A stretch of 32,000 nt of DNA from Demequinaceae bacterium (GTDB lineage: Bacteria > Actinomycetota > Actinomycetes > Actinomycetales > Demequinaceae). The stretch is taken from positions 1,770,001 through 1,802,000 of the forward strand of contig OZ252279.1 in the NCBI GenBank assembly GCA_965250005.1, in the 5' to 3' direction. The notes beneath the pieces are model-generated. The model was not told where the DNA came from and searched no databases. It was given only the letters and a program-made list of their open reading frames with translations. The translations under genes and the position numbers were made by a program. Positions 7,739-15,053 of the stretch are shown here, piece after piece. Within the stretch, counting starts at the first letter, position 1, and each line of letters begins with the position of its first letter.

Positions 7739-8068
7739 CTACTCCTTCCGTGGCTTCCCGATGTTCACCGGGGTGCTCGGTTTTTTCGGCGCTCTAGCGT
7801 CGAAGATGGCCGAGATTGCGTTGCGCTTAGTTGTTGCCTCGCGCTCGATCTGGTCGCGCACGAGTTCCGCGCGCTGCAGGACCGACGGATCGGACTTGCT
7901 CTTCTTGATCCACGCCTCAAGTGCGAATCGGATCTCCTCAGTGACCGAACGGTCATTGAGTTGAGCAATGATGTCCAGCTGTGCCCGCAGATCCTCTCGG
8001 ATCCGCACGGCCAGCGTCTTGATCCCATCGCTTCCGTTGGGGTAGGTCGAAGATGACTTCTCAACCAT
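7739..8068 (-). CDS. Ribbon-helix-helix (CopG/Arc-like) DNA-binding protein
   Basis: KTLAVRIREDLRAQLDIIAQLNDRSVTEEIRFALEAWI is a beta-strand/helix/helix RHH pattern. AGGAGG lies 8 nt upstream of ATG 8068. Confidence 0.8.
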   Translation of the reverse strand: MVEKSSSTYPNGSDGIKTLAVRIREDLRAQLDIIAQLNDRSVTEEIRFALEAWIKKSKSDPSVLQRAELVRDQIEREATTKRNAISAIFDARAPKKPSTPVNIGKPRKE

Positions 8069-8100
8069 GATGGATACCTCCTTGGTGTAGTGCGGCCGGC

Positions 8101-8117
8101 GAACTGACGATCAGTTC
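8101..8117. promoter_or_regulatory. Palindromic operator candidate upstream of the RHH gene
   Basis: GAACTGA-cga-TCAGTTC lies 33 nt upstream of the RHH start, in the divergent region shared with the 8377 gene. Confidence 0.4.
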
Positions 8118-8376
8118 CCCAAAGAATCAAAACCGCATGCCACCAAGGACCCATTCATAGGAGCCTGTCACCATGCCGAGCGCATCAACGCTAACGAGGG
8201 CAGCGCGCTCAAGGCACATCCTGAGTGAAGCGCAACCAACACAACGCGTCAACCGTCCGGTCGCTACCTCGTGGAGCGATCGGACGGCGCAGATAAGGGG
8301 CTATAGGGAGTCGTCGTCAGGTACAGCGACTCGGTGCTTGCGTTTTGAGTCGCGATGGTTCATAACTAGATGCATC

Positions 8377-9573
8377 ATGACGATCCCCGAAGAGATCCAG
8401 AGAGTCCAGGAACTTTCGCGCTCGATGATCGCAAGTTACGTTGCGTGGGGCACGAACAGGAAGTGGGGGGAGACGCAGAACACCTTCTACTCTGATGTGA
8501 CCGACTTTGTGAACTTCCGGATCGAGACTGCGGATTCTTGCCTCGATCTGATTGCCAACGGCAAGGTTGCCGACGCCCTGGGTCTTTGTCGGTCACTCCT
8601 CGAGCACAATCTCCTGCTGAAGTTGATCTGTCGCGGAGATCGCTACGTCCGACTTCAGAACCTGGAGTCCAAGTCGCCTACTGAGATTCGCAACTACCTT
8701 GCCGAGCAGCAGCGGGATCTGGAGCAGAAGCACGCCCGAGGCGAGGATCTCGCGTGCTTGTATGTCGAGGAGTACCCACGTCAGAAGAAGTGTCTGATGT
8801 ACGTCTTCGAGGGACTCTCGAGTAACGATGAGCCTGACTTCAGGATCCCGATCCACTTCTTCCAATTCCAGGGTTTCCGGCCCTCAACCATGCGCTTGAA
8901 AGATGAAGAGTACTTCGACTACTACGAGCCGCCGAAGTCGGTAACGGAAGCCAAGGCGCGATTTCGTCGTGAAGCCGCGTTCAGTTACCGCCACTACCTC
9001 TCGTACGACGCCTTACTCCAGTGCTTGCAGATCAACGGCCTTGTGGACTCCGCCTCGTTGGCTCGTATTGAGGCGCACTACACGTTCCTCGGATCGTTCT
9101 TGCACCCCACGCATGGAGCCGCACGCGAGCTTCATGAGGGCAGCAACGTACACTCCGCGGATACGGCCGTTGGAATGGAGGGCCGCTACACCGTTGCGGC
9201 CAAGCTCCTGGCCTATTGCTATGTTGCATTCTTGTTGGCTGGCACTCTCGAAGAAGTTGCGCTCCTATTCGAAGAGGCTCCGGAACGGTATGTGTCGGTA
9301 GCCGCGACTGCGGACCTCAGTGCCCTCGCCGGGAGCGTGCCCGACACCGTCAACTACTTTTGGTTCGTCGACAACGAAGCCCCGCTCTACGACCGCTTCA
9401 ACCACGCCATACATCACGTCTCGGGCGACGAGCTCACCGCCTATGGCGGCTACGCAGGTGTGCCCACAGAAGCGATCAAGTTTGAGGCCGACGTCTACTC
9501 AAGTTTCGAGCACCGACTAACCGGCTGGCATAACCAGAGTGTCGGGCGCTACGAGGCTCCGCTGGGGCATTGA
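8377..9573 (+). CDS. Hypothetical 398-aa protein, possible HEPN-like/DUF5677-like N-terminal domain
   Basis: Long coding-like frame. N-terminal helix pair ...ADSCLDLIANGKVADALGLCRSLLEHNLLLKLI contains RSLLEH (RxxxxH). The start is uncertain. ATG 8377 has no SD. ATG 8173 has AGGAG 9 nt upstream, but the extra 68 codons are rich in AGG/ATA/AGA. Confidence 0.65.
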   Translation: MTIPEEIQRVQELSRSMIASYVAWGTNRKWGETQNTFYSDVTDFVNFRIETADSCLDLIANGKVADALGLCRSLLEHNLLLKLICRGDRYVRLQNLESKSPTEIRNYLAEQQRDLEQKHARGEDLACLYVEEYPRQKKCLMYVFEGLSSNDEPDFRIPIHFFQFQGFRPSTMRLKDEEYFDYYEPPKSVTEAKARFRREAAFSYRHYLSYDALLQCLQINGLVDSASLARIEAHYTFLGSFLHPTHGAARELHEGSNVHSADTAVGMEGRYTVAAKLLAYCYVAFLLAGTLEEVALLFEEAPERYVSVAATADLSALAGSVPDTVNYFWFVDNEAPLYDRFNHAIHHVSGDELTAYGGYAGVPTEAIKFEADVYSSFEHRLTGWHNQSVGRYEAPLGH

Positions 9574-9678
9574 TGCCCTGGGCTCGGTTGGGACGACCCA
9601 ATAGATGCACCGGGCGCTCAGGGGATACCGGTTGGGCCCGGCACCTTGCCGCCCGGATGGAGTCCGAAATCGGGGCCT

Positions 9679-10353
9679 TCAGGAATAGCCATCAACGAGT
9701 CGCGAGACGACGTCCTCGTCGATTGACCACTTGTGGCTGGAATTGCGCGAGCAAAGCGCGAGGAACTCCCACTTTGTCGGGATCCGCTCGACCGAACCGT
9801 CCGCGTTCGAGTGCTCGTTGAACTGCACGGGAATCCGAACGAATCGGAGCGTGCGCTTCTTCTTGCACCTGGGGCATATGGCCTGAGTTCGAACTAGGCG
9901 TAAGTGGTGGGAATCCGAGCCCCCAAGATGGCGGTGTTGTGTGAACCGCCCTGTTGAGATCGGTATCCCTTCGTCGCGGGCTCGACGGAAGAGTATGAGC
10001 GATCCGAGCGCGATGAGACAGAGTACGAGAAAGGCAAGCATCCAGGGCCATGCCGTGGGAACAGGTAACAGGGCAATACCGGTCCCCGACGATGGCCTAC
10101 CAAGGCCTGCGAAGAACTCTGAAACTGTCTTCCACCCGCTGAAGACTCCACCCGAGACGGTCACGATGGCCGCTGCGAGAAACCACCATGCGTTCGGCCC
10201 AAGGTTTCGGTCGTTTTCTATCGTAACCTGGCCGGGCGGGATCGGAGGCAGGCCTCCGGTACTACCGACCTTGATCTTGTTGACGATGCGCGTTCTCGAC
10301 TTCTTGCCGAAGGCGTTGTTCGAAACATTTCCGTGCCCTTCAATGCTCGTCAT
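9679..10353 (-). CDS. Membrane protein (two or three TM helices) with a C-terminal CxxC-containing cytoplasmic domain
   Basis: ATG 10353 is preceded by GGGAGA at 5 nt. TM spans are WWFLAAAIVTVSGGVFSGW and WPWMLAFLVLCLIALGSLILF. The C-terminal part has AICPRCKKKRTLRFVRIP...LCSRNSSHKW. Confidence 0.65.
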   Translation of the reverse strand: MTSIEGHGNVSNNAFGKKSRTRIVNKIKVGSTGGLPPIPPGQVTIENDRNLGPNAWWFLAAAIVTVSGGVFSGWKTVSEFFAGLGRPSSGTGIALLPVPTAWPWMLAFLVLCLIALGSLILFRRARDEGIPISTGRFTQHRHLGGSDSHHLRLVRTQAICPRCKKKRTLRFVRIPVQFNEHSNADGSVERIPTKWEFLALCSRNSSHKWSIDEDVVSRLVDGYS

Positions 10354-10601
10354 CTCAGTCTCCCGTCGACTTGGCCCCACTCTAGATGGAGGCGCTGACA
10401 CGGAGTCGAGATTGTCCGCGTTGCAGTTAGTCGAAGATTCTGAAGCGAGGCCTCTGCTTCGCCGCGCGCCGCTCGTGTTGGCTAACTAGGCTGGGTGCAG
10501 TCTCGACTACCAAGTGGCGAGAAAGTGGGGTTTGAAGTGACACAAGGTGCGTTGTCGCCGCGATCGGGTCGTGTCGTGAATCTCAAGCGCTGGGCTGCTG
10601 C

Positions 10602-11144
10602 ATGACTTCGGCGAGCCCCGACTTGGCAGCGCTCTACGTGAAGCATGGTGACATGCTTCACCGGGTTGCTGCCGCTACCTTGCGTGGTAGTGGGCGTGTG
10701 GAAGACTCCAGAGATGTCGTTCACGATGCTTTTGAGGAAGTACTCAAGGGCAACGTGCCCGACGAGGTTCGGGATTGGAAGGCGTTCTTGATCACGGTCG
10801 TCAAAAGGCGAGCGCTCGACCGTGTGAAATCTGCGGCGGTGCGAAAGGCGGGACCGAGTCTTGATGCGGACACACTAGTGCCGGTAGCCAGTGACGATCT
10901 TGCTGAAGCGGTGGCTGCCGAGTTAGATGCGGAGCGACGTGCGCAACAGGTTCGTGAGGCACTGGCTGTGTTGGACGCCCGTCAACGGAAGGTCGTCGAG
11001 GCGTTCGTCTTCGAAGAACGCAAACAGGCCGATATCGCGGCTGAACTCGGTGTGAATCGATCCAGAGTGAGTCAACTATTTGGTGAGGCAAAGATGCTAA
11101 TAGACGAAGAGTTGGCGCGGAAGAAGGCGATTGGACATGGATAG
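10602..11144 (+). CDS. Sigma-70 family (ECF-like) RNA polymerase sigma factor
   Basis: Region 2-like LYVKHGDMLHRVAAATLRGSGRVEDSRDVVHDAFEEV...FLITVVKRRALD. Region 4 HTH LDARQRKVVEAFVFEERKQADIAAELGVNRSRVSQLF. Confidence 0.85.
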   Translation: MTSASPDLAALYVKHGDMLHRVAAATLRGSGRVEDSRDVVHDAFEEVLKGNVPDEVRDWKAFLITVVKRRALDRVKSAAVRKAGPSLDADTLVPVASDDLAEAVAAELDAERRAQQVREALAVLDARQRKVVEAFVFEERKQADIAAELGVNRSRVSQLFGEAKMLIDEELARKKAIGHG

Positions 11145-11796
11145 AGTCGAGTTTGACGATCTGGTCTTCGAGGTCGCGCGTGACCCGGGTTCGTTTGAGC
11201 GATTGTCCGGTTCCGGCGAACTTGCCGCAGCGCAGAAGGAAGCGCTGGCCGAGGCGCGCGAGCTTTCGCTTGCGCTCCGCCAGGCTGCGTATGGCGCCCC
11301 GCCGCTTTCGGAAGACCCCACTGCGGCTTTGCTCGGGCTCGTGCCGGATGCGCACTGCAAATTGGATGGAAAGGCGTTGCACCGTGCGCGCATGCAAGCA
11401 GAGTTGTCAGTATCAGAGTTGGCGCTTCGACTAGGAGCGCGCGAATGGCAAGTTGACAAGCGGGACGTTGCAAGGTGGGAGAGCCGTACGGCGGACGACG
11501 TTTCGCCGGCCCTTGTTGCAGCAGTAGCCGAAACGATCGGCGCGTCGGTCGACGACTTGATTTTGGATCCTGCGGCGGCGGCTCCTGACCCATTCGTTGA
11601 CGCACTGCGGCAGAATCCCGTCTTTGCGCAAGCCGTGGAGCGTTGGGCGGCCTTGCGCAACGTGTCGAAGGCTGTCGCGGCTGCAATGCTCGAGAGCAAG
11701 GCGCTTGTCACGGTGCACCGTGGCGAGGCGCCCGATGTCGAAAAAGCGGCGAAGTCTCTTGAAGCTTTGGTCAATGCCATCGAGGATGAGCAGTAG
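11137..11796 (+). CDS. XRE-type helix-turn-helix protein
   Basis: ATGGATAG overlap with the sigma gene stop. HTH LDGKALHRARMQAELSVSELALRLGAREWQVDKRDVARWESR. The long antisense ORFs here (11072..11686, 11097..11942) are shadows. Confidence 0.75.
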   Translation: MDRVEFDDLVFEVARDPGSFERLSGSGELAAAQKEALAEARELSLALRQAAYGAPPLSEDPTAALLGLVPDAHCKLDGKALHRARMQAELSVSELALRLGAREWQVDKRDVARWESRTADDVSPALVAAVAETIGASVDDLILDPAAAAPDPFVDALRQNPVFAQAVERWAALRNVSKAVAAAMLESKALVTVHRGEAPDVEKAAKSLEALVNAIEDEQ

Positions 11797-11808
11797 GAGA
11801 CAAGCGCC

Positions 11809-12825
11809 TTGGACTTGGATGCGCGAGCGGAGGCTGTCGTCGCGCGACTAGGCGACGACGCGGTCAACCGATTTGGGGCAGACCCAAGCGCGGCGCTCAT
11901 TGCCGACTTCGGGCTCATCGTCCGTTCGGTCGACCACCTCACTGACTCGCGCGGCGCTGGCGGCGAGTGCGACGGGCTTTCTTACCTCGAAGACGGTGTA
12001 ATCCTCTACGCACCGACCCCGAATAGCAAGCGCGAGAACTTCACCCTCGCACATGAATTCGGGCACTTCCTCGTCGAAAAGGACATTGCGCTGTTTGATT
12101 GGATTGCCGATCAAGTTGCGGCAGGCATGATCCTTGAACAGGTCTGCAATCGCATTGCACAAAGACTTCTCCTCGACGATGCGAGGGTCAAGTCAGTCGT
12201 TGGAACGGGCCAATTGAGAGCTATCCACGTTCTCGAACTCTTTGAAGCAACCCGCGCCAGCCGTCCAGTCTGCGCAATCGCGCTTGCAGGTCGGCTTCGA
12301 GGACTCGGGGCAGTCGCAATTCTCGAGCGGGCCGATGGTTCAGTAACTCACTCCACTGTCCAGCCCGATGTCGAGCAAGGCTGGCCTGAGGTCTTCCCAT
12401 GGCGCGGACAGAGCGTGTCCGGTGACCATCCGCTCACAAAGTTAAATGAAGGCGGCTCGCTGACGCAACGCCTTTCCTGGCGTTCACCTTGGGGAACGTC
12501 GGCTGACTTCTACGTCGATGCGATCGCCGACGCGCGCCGCGTATATGCAGTGTTCAGCGAGATCGACCTCTGGAAGGTCGACAAGTTCCACGGGTCGAAG
12601 AAACGCGATTATGACCAGCGCCTCCACCTCTCGGGAACGTGCTGCGGACAAGCGTTCTCGGTACGGGGGTACCCGTGCGACACATGCAAGCAACCGTATT
12701 GTCCACGCTGCGGCGACTGCCGCTGTGGTCGTGATGCGAAACGAAGCCTTACGTGCAGGGGTTGCCAGTACGTCTTCCTGTCCCATTTGCTGATCGACGG
12801 CCGATGCGAAGAGTGCCGAGGTTAG
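11809..12825 (+). CDS. ImmA/IrrE-family (M78, DUF955) zinc metallopeptidase with a Cys-rich C-terminal tail
   Basis: HEXXH in NFTLAHEFGHFLVEKD. TTG start with AGGAGA 8 nt upstream. The last ~70 aa hold about 12 Cys: TCCGQAFSVRGYPCDTCKQPYCPRCGDCRCGRD...CRGCQYVF...GRCEECRG. Confidence 0.85.
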   Translation: MDLDARAEAVVARLGDDAVNRFGADPSAALIADFGLIVRSVDHLTDSRGAGGECDGLSYLEDGVILYAPTPNSKRENFTLAHEFGHFLVEKDIALFDWIADQVAAGMILEQVCNRIAQRLLLDDARVKSVVGTGQLRAIHVLELFEATRASRPVCAIALAGRLRGLGAVAILERADGSVTHSTVQPDVEQGWPEVFPWRGQSVSGDHPLTKLNEGGSLTQRLSWRSPWGTSADFYVDAIADARRVYAVFSEIDLWKVDKFHGSKKRDYDQRLHLSGTCCGQAFSVRGYPCDTCKQPYCPRCGDCRCGRDAKRSLTCRGCQYVFLSHLLIDGRCEECRG

Positions 12826-12915
12826 TTCCTAACACTTGACGCCGCTCCCTCGACTCCAATATGAGCGCGCCTGCAAACCGCGGCACAACCAGCGTTCGGG
12901 ACGGGGGTGATTGCA

Positions 12916-13071
12916 GTGGCGAAAAACACCGGACGCGGACACCGTGCAGGTGCCGTGCGTGCGCGCAGTGAGTTCAAGCGCGGCAGCACGTGGTTCAAGC
13001 GGGATTCCAATACGGGTCGGATTCTCAACGGCAGCCCGAAAAAGCACAAGGGTGTACGTGACGAAAAGTAG
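12916..13071 (+). CDS. Small basic protein (51 aa), below the ORF-track length cut-off
   Basis: GTG start 9 nt after GGGGG: VAKNTGRGHRAGAVRARSEFKRGSTWFKRDSNTGRILNGSPKKHKGVRDEK. It resembles small AKNTG...KRD..TGRF...KGVR proteins I recall from actinobacterial plasmids and phages. Putative promoter TTGACG (12836-12841), 18 nt spacer, TATGAG (12860-12865). Confidence 0.45.
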   Translation: MAKNTGRGHRAGAVRARSEFKRGSTWFKRDSNTGRILNGSPKKHKGVRDEK

Positions 13072-13101
13072 TGGAGACGGTGAAAGAACCCACAGAGAAG
13101 A

Positions 13102-13142
13102 CTTGACTATGCTTTTACATAGACATGACCTGTGAGATAATA
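13102..13142 (+). promoter_or_regulatory. Promoter/operator copy 1 (drives the Ubl operon)
   Basis: CTTGACTATGCTTTTACATAGACATGACCTGTGAGATAAT: -35 TTTACA (13114-13119), 16-nt spacer, -10 GATAAT (13136-13141). Near-identical to 16244-16284. Confidence 0.65.
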
Positions 13143-13182
13143 TGGATATTGAGACAAGTTGTCCCAAAAAAGGAGTAGTTCA

Positions 13183-13431
13183 ATGGCAGACAAGAAACAC
13201 AACAAGACGTTCAAGGTTTTCGTGAATGGCGTCGAGAAGACAGTCGATCACGAGTTTCTGACCTATGACGAGGTGGTGCAGCTTTTCATCGCGGAGCCTG
13301 TTCCCAACACCATTTACGCGGTGAGTTTCGAGCACGCTAAGGAGCCAAAAGAAGGAGATTTGGTGGCCGGTCAGCGAGTGAAAATCAAGCAGAACACGAA
13401 ATTCGATGTCGATGACACTGGTCGCTCATAG
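13183..13431 (+). CDS. Ubiquitin-like beta-grasp protein of the multiubiquitin type (82 aa)
   Basis: AGGAG 8 nt upstream of ATG 13183. KTFKVFVNGVEKTVDHEFLTYDEVVQLFIAEPVPNTIYAVSFEH...DLVAGQRVKIKQNTKFDVDDTGRS matches my memory of the Multi_ubiq domain. It sits immediately upstream of an E1-like gene. Confidence 0.75.
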   Translation: MADKKHNKTFKVFVNGVEKTVDHEFLTYDEVVQLFIAEPVPNTIYAVSFEHAKEPKEGDLVAGQRVKIKQNTKFDVDDTGRS

Positions 13432-14578
13432 TCCGGATCTCGCGAAACTCGTTGACGAAGGCTATGACGTAGAGGTTCGCGATGGCAATCTCCTAGTGCA
13501 CCACGTTCCTTATGTGACAGGTGCTGGCCAGGTCGCCTATTGCATTCTTGTGTCAGAGTTGTCGACCGACGGCCACAAGACAGTTGCGCCAGGGAGTCAC
13601 CAGGCCTGGGTCGTTGGGGATATCCCGCACGATCACCAAGGGAACAAGGTCACGATCGTTCTGGACCAGAAACATGACTACGGCGGGGGTCTCGTAGCTT
13701 CATGCAGCCTCTCAGGAAAACCTGGCAACAAGATGCCTCGCAACTACCACCACAAGATCAGTCACTATGTCGACCGTCTCGGTCGATATGCGAGAGCGAT
13801 CGACCGTTCCGCTACCCACAAGAACTACCCAGCCCGTGAAACATCGGAAGAGGAGTCAGTTTTTCGCTATCATGATGCGGCGACGAGCCGAGCTGGTCTA
13901 AGTGCTGTTTCCGGCAAACTCAAGGTGGCAAAGGTGGCTATTGTTGGCCTCGGTGGCACTGGTTCGTACATCCTTGATCTTATCGCAAAGACACCAATTG
14001 AAGAGATCCATTTGTTTGATGATGATGTGCTCTACGCGCACAACGCCTTCCGGGCACCGGGAGCTGTGTCTCTTGATGAACTCAAAATGTCGCCTCTCAA
14101 GGTTGACTATTTTGCTGGTAAGTACGGCGAGCTCAGGCGCAACATCACTGCTTACCCAGTGCGAGTCAGCGACCATAATGTTGACGACCTTCGCGATATG
14201 GACTTCGTCTTTCTGGCTATGGATGCAGGCCCAACCAAGCGGTTGATTGTTGAAAAACTTCAAAGTTGGGCGACTCCGTTTGTCGATTGCGGGATGGGCG
14301 TTGAACGCCTCGGCAACTCGCTTCGAGGGACGCTCCGAGTGACGGCTGGGGCCGAAGGAAAATACGACCACTTGCCGCGTCGAATCTCGTACACTGACGT
14401 CGATGCAGATGAGTACGACTGGAACATTCAGACGGCGGACCTCAACATGATGAACGCTGCTATGGCTGTTCTCAAGTGGAAGAAACTCCTTGGCTACTAC
14501 GTCGACGGCAAAGGCGAACTCAACAGCACCTACGTTGTTGCGAGGAATCAATTGAACAGCGGCGAACTATCCGTATGA
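13406..14578 (+). CDS. E2-like N-terminal domain fused to a ThiF/E1-type adenylyltransferase
   Basis: E1 part: KVAIVGLGGTGSYILDLIAKTPIEEIHLFDDDVLYAHNAFRAPG (nt ~13934 onward). N-terminal part: LLVHHVPYVTGAGQVAYCILVSEL (Cys46 at 13541-13543), reminiscent of the UBC HPN...G.IC.L motif. The start overlaps the Ubl gene by 20-26 nt. Confidence 0.9.
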   Translation: MSMTLVAHSPDLAKLVDEGYDVEVRDGNLLVHHVPYVTGAGQVAYCILVSELSTDGHKTVAPGSHQAWVVGDIPHDHQGNKVTIVLDQKHDYGGGLVASCSLSGKPGNKMPRNYHHKISHYVDRLGRYARAIDRSATHKNYPARETSEEESVFRYHDAATSRAGLSAVSGKLKVAKVAIVGLGGTGSYILDLIAKTPIEEIHLFDDDVLYAHNAFRAPGAVSLDELKMSPLKVDYFAGKYGELRRNITAYPVRVSDHNVDDLRDMDFVFLAMDAGPTKRLIVEKLQSWATPFVDCGMGVERLGNSLRGTLRVTAGAEGKYDHLPRRISYTDVDADEYDWNIQTADLNMMNAAMAVLKWKKLLGYYVDGKGELNSTYVVARNQLNSGELSV

Positions 14579-14994
14579 AGCAAACTTCGCTTGTCCCAGA
14601 GTTTGTAAACACTATTCCCGAGGAACTTGAGGAAGGCCTACTCTACGTATCGGAGCGGTTTAGTACCGCGTCTCATCTATGCGCATGCGGTTGCGGCAGC
14701 AAGGTCGTAACCCCACTTAAGCCAACGAAGTGGCAGTTGACAAGTGATGATGGACTTGTGTCACTGTGGCCGTCCATCGGCCGGTGGCAACTCCCGTGCA
14801 AGTCTCACTACTGGATTAGAGAGAACAAAGTCGAATGGTCCTGGTCCTTCACTGAAGATGAGATGCGGGCCGTGCTAGAGCGAGATGCGCGTGACCTTCA
14901 TAACTACTACGAGTCACGACGTACGCCGCGTTGGATTCCGAGTCTTCTTGCACCGTTGTGGCGACGATGGCTTGGTCGCGCAAGAGAACGCTAG
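14575..14994 (+). CDS. DUF6527-like Cys/His-rich small protein (139 aa)
   Basis: ATGA start/stop overlap with the E1 gene. LLYVSERFSTASHLCACGCGSKVVTPL...WPSIGRWQLPCKSHYWI. The ORF-track start (14476) lies inside the E1 gene. Confidence 0.8.
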   Translation: MKQTSLVPEFVNTIPEELEEGLLYVSERFSTASHLCACGCGSKVVTPLKPTKWQLTSDDGLVSLWPSIGRWQLPCKSHYWIRENKVEWSWSFTEDEMRAVLERDARDLHNYYESRRTPRWIPSLLAPLWRRWLGRARER

Positions 14995-15053
14995 CCTGAT
15001 CAACACCTGTCTCTATCCCCAATCTGGGACCTCCTTACGCGCGACTTTCAACT

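Noticed and set aside
11072-11942. 204-aa and 281-aa minus-strand ORFs antisense to the HTH and ImmA genes
   Set aside because: They have Ala/Ser/Arg low-complexity composition and no motifs, and they are fully overlapped by plus-strand genes with clear HTH and HEXXH motifs.
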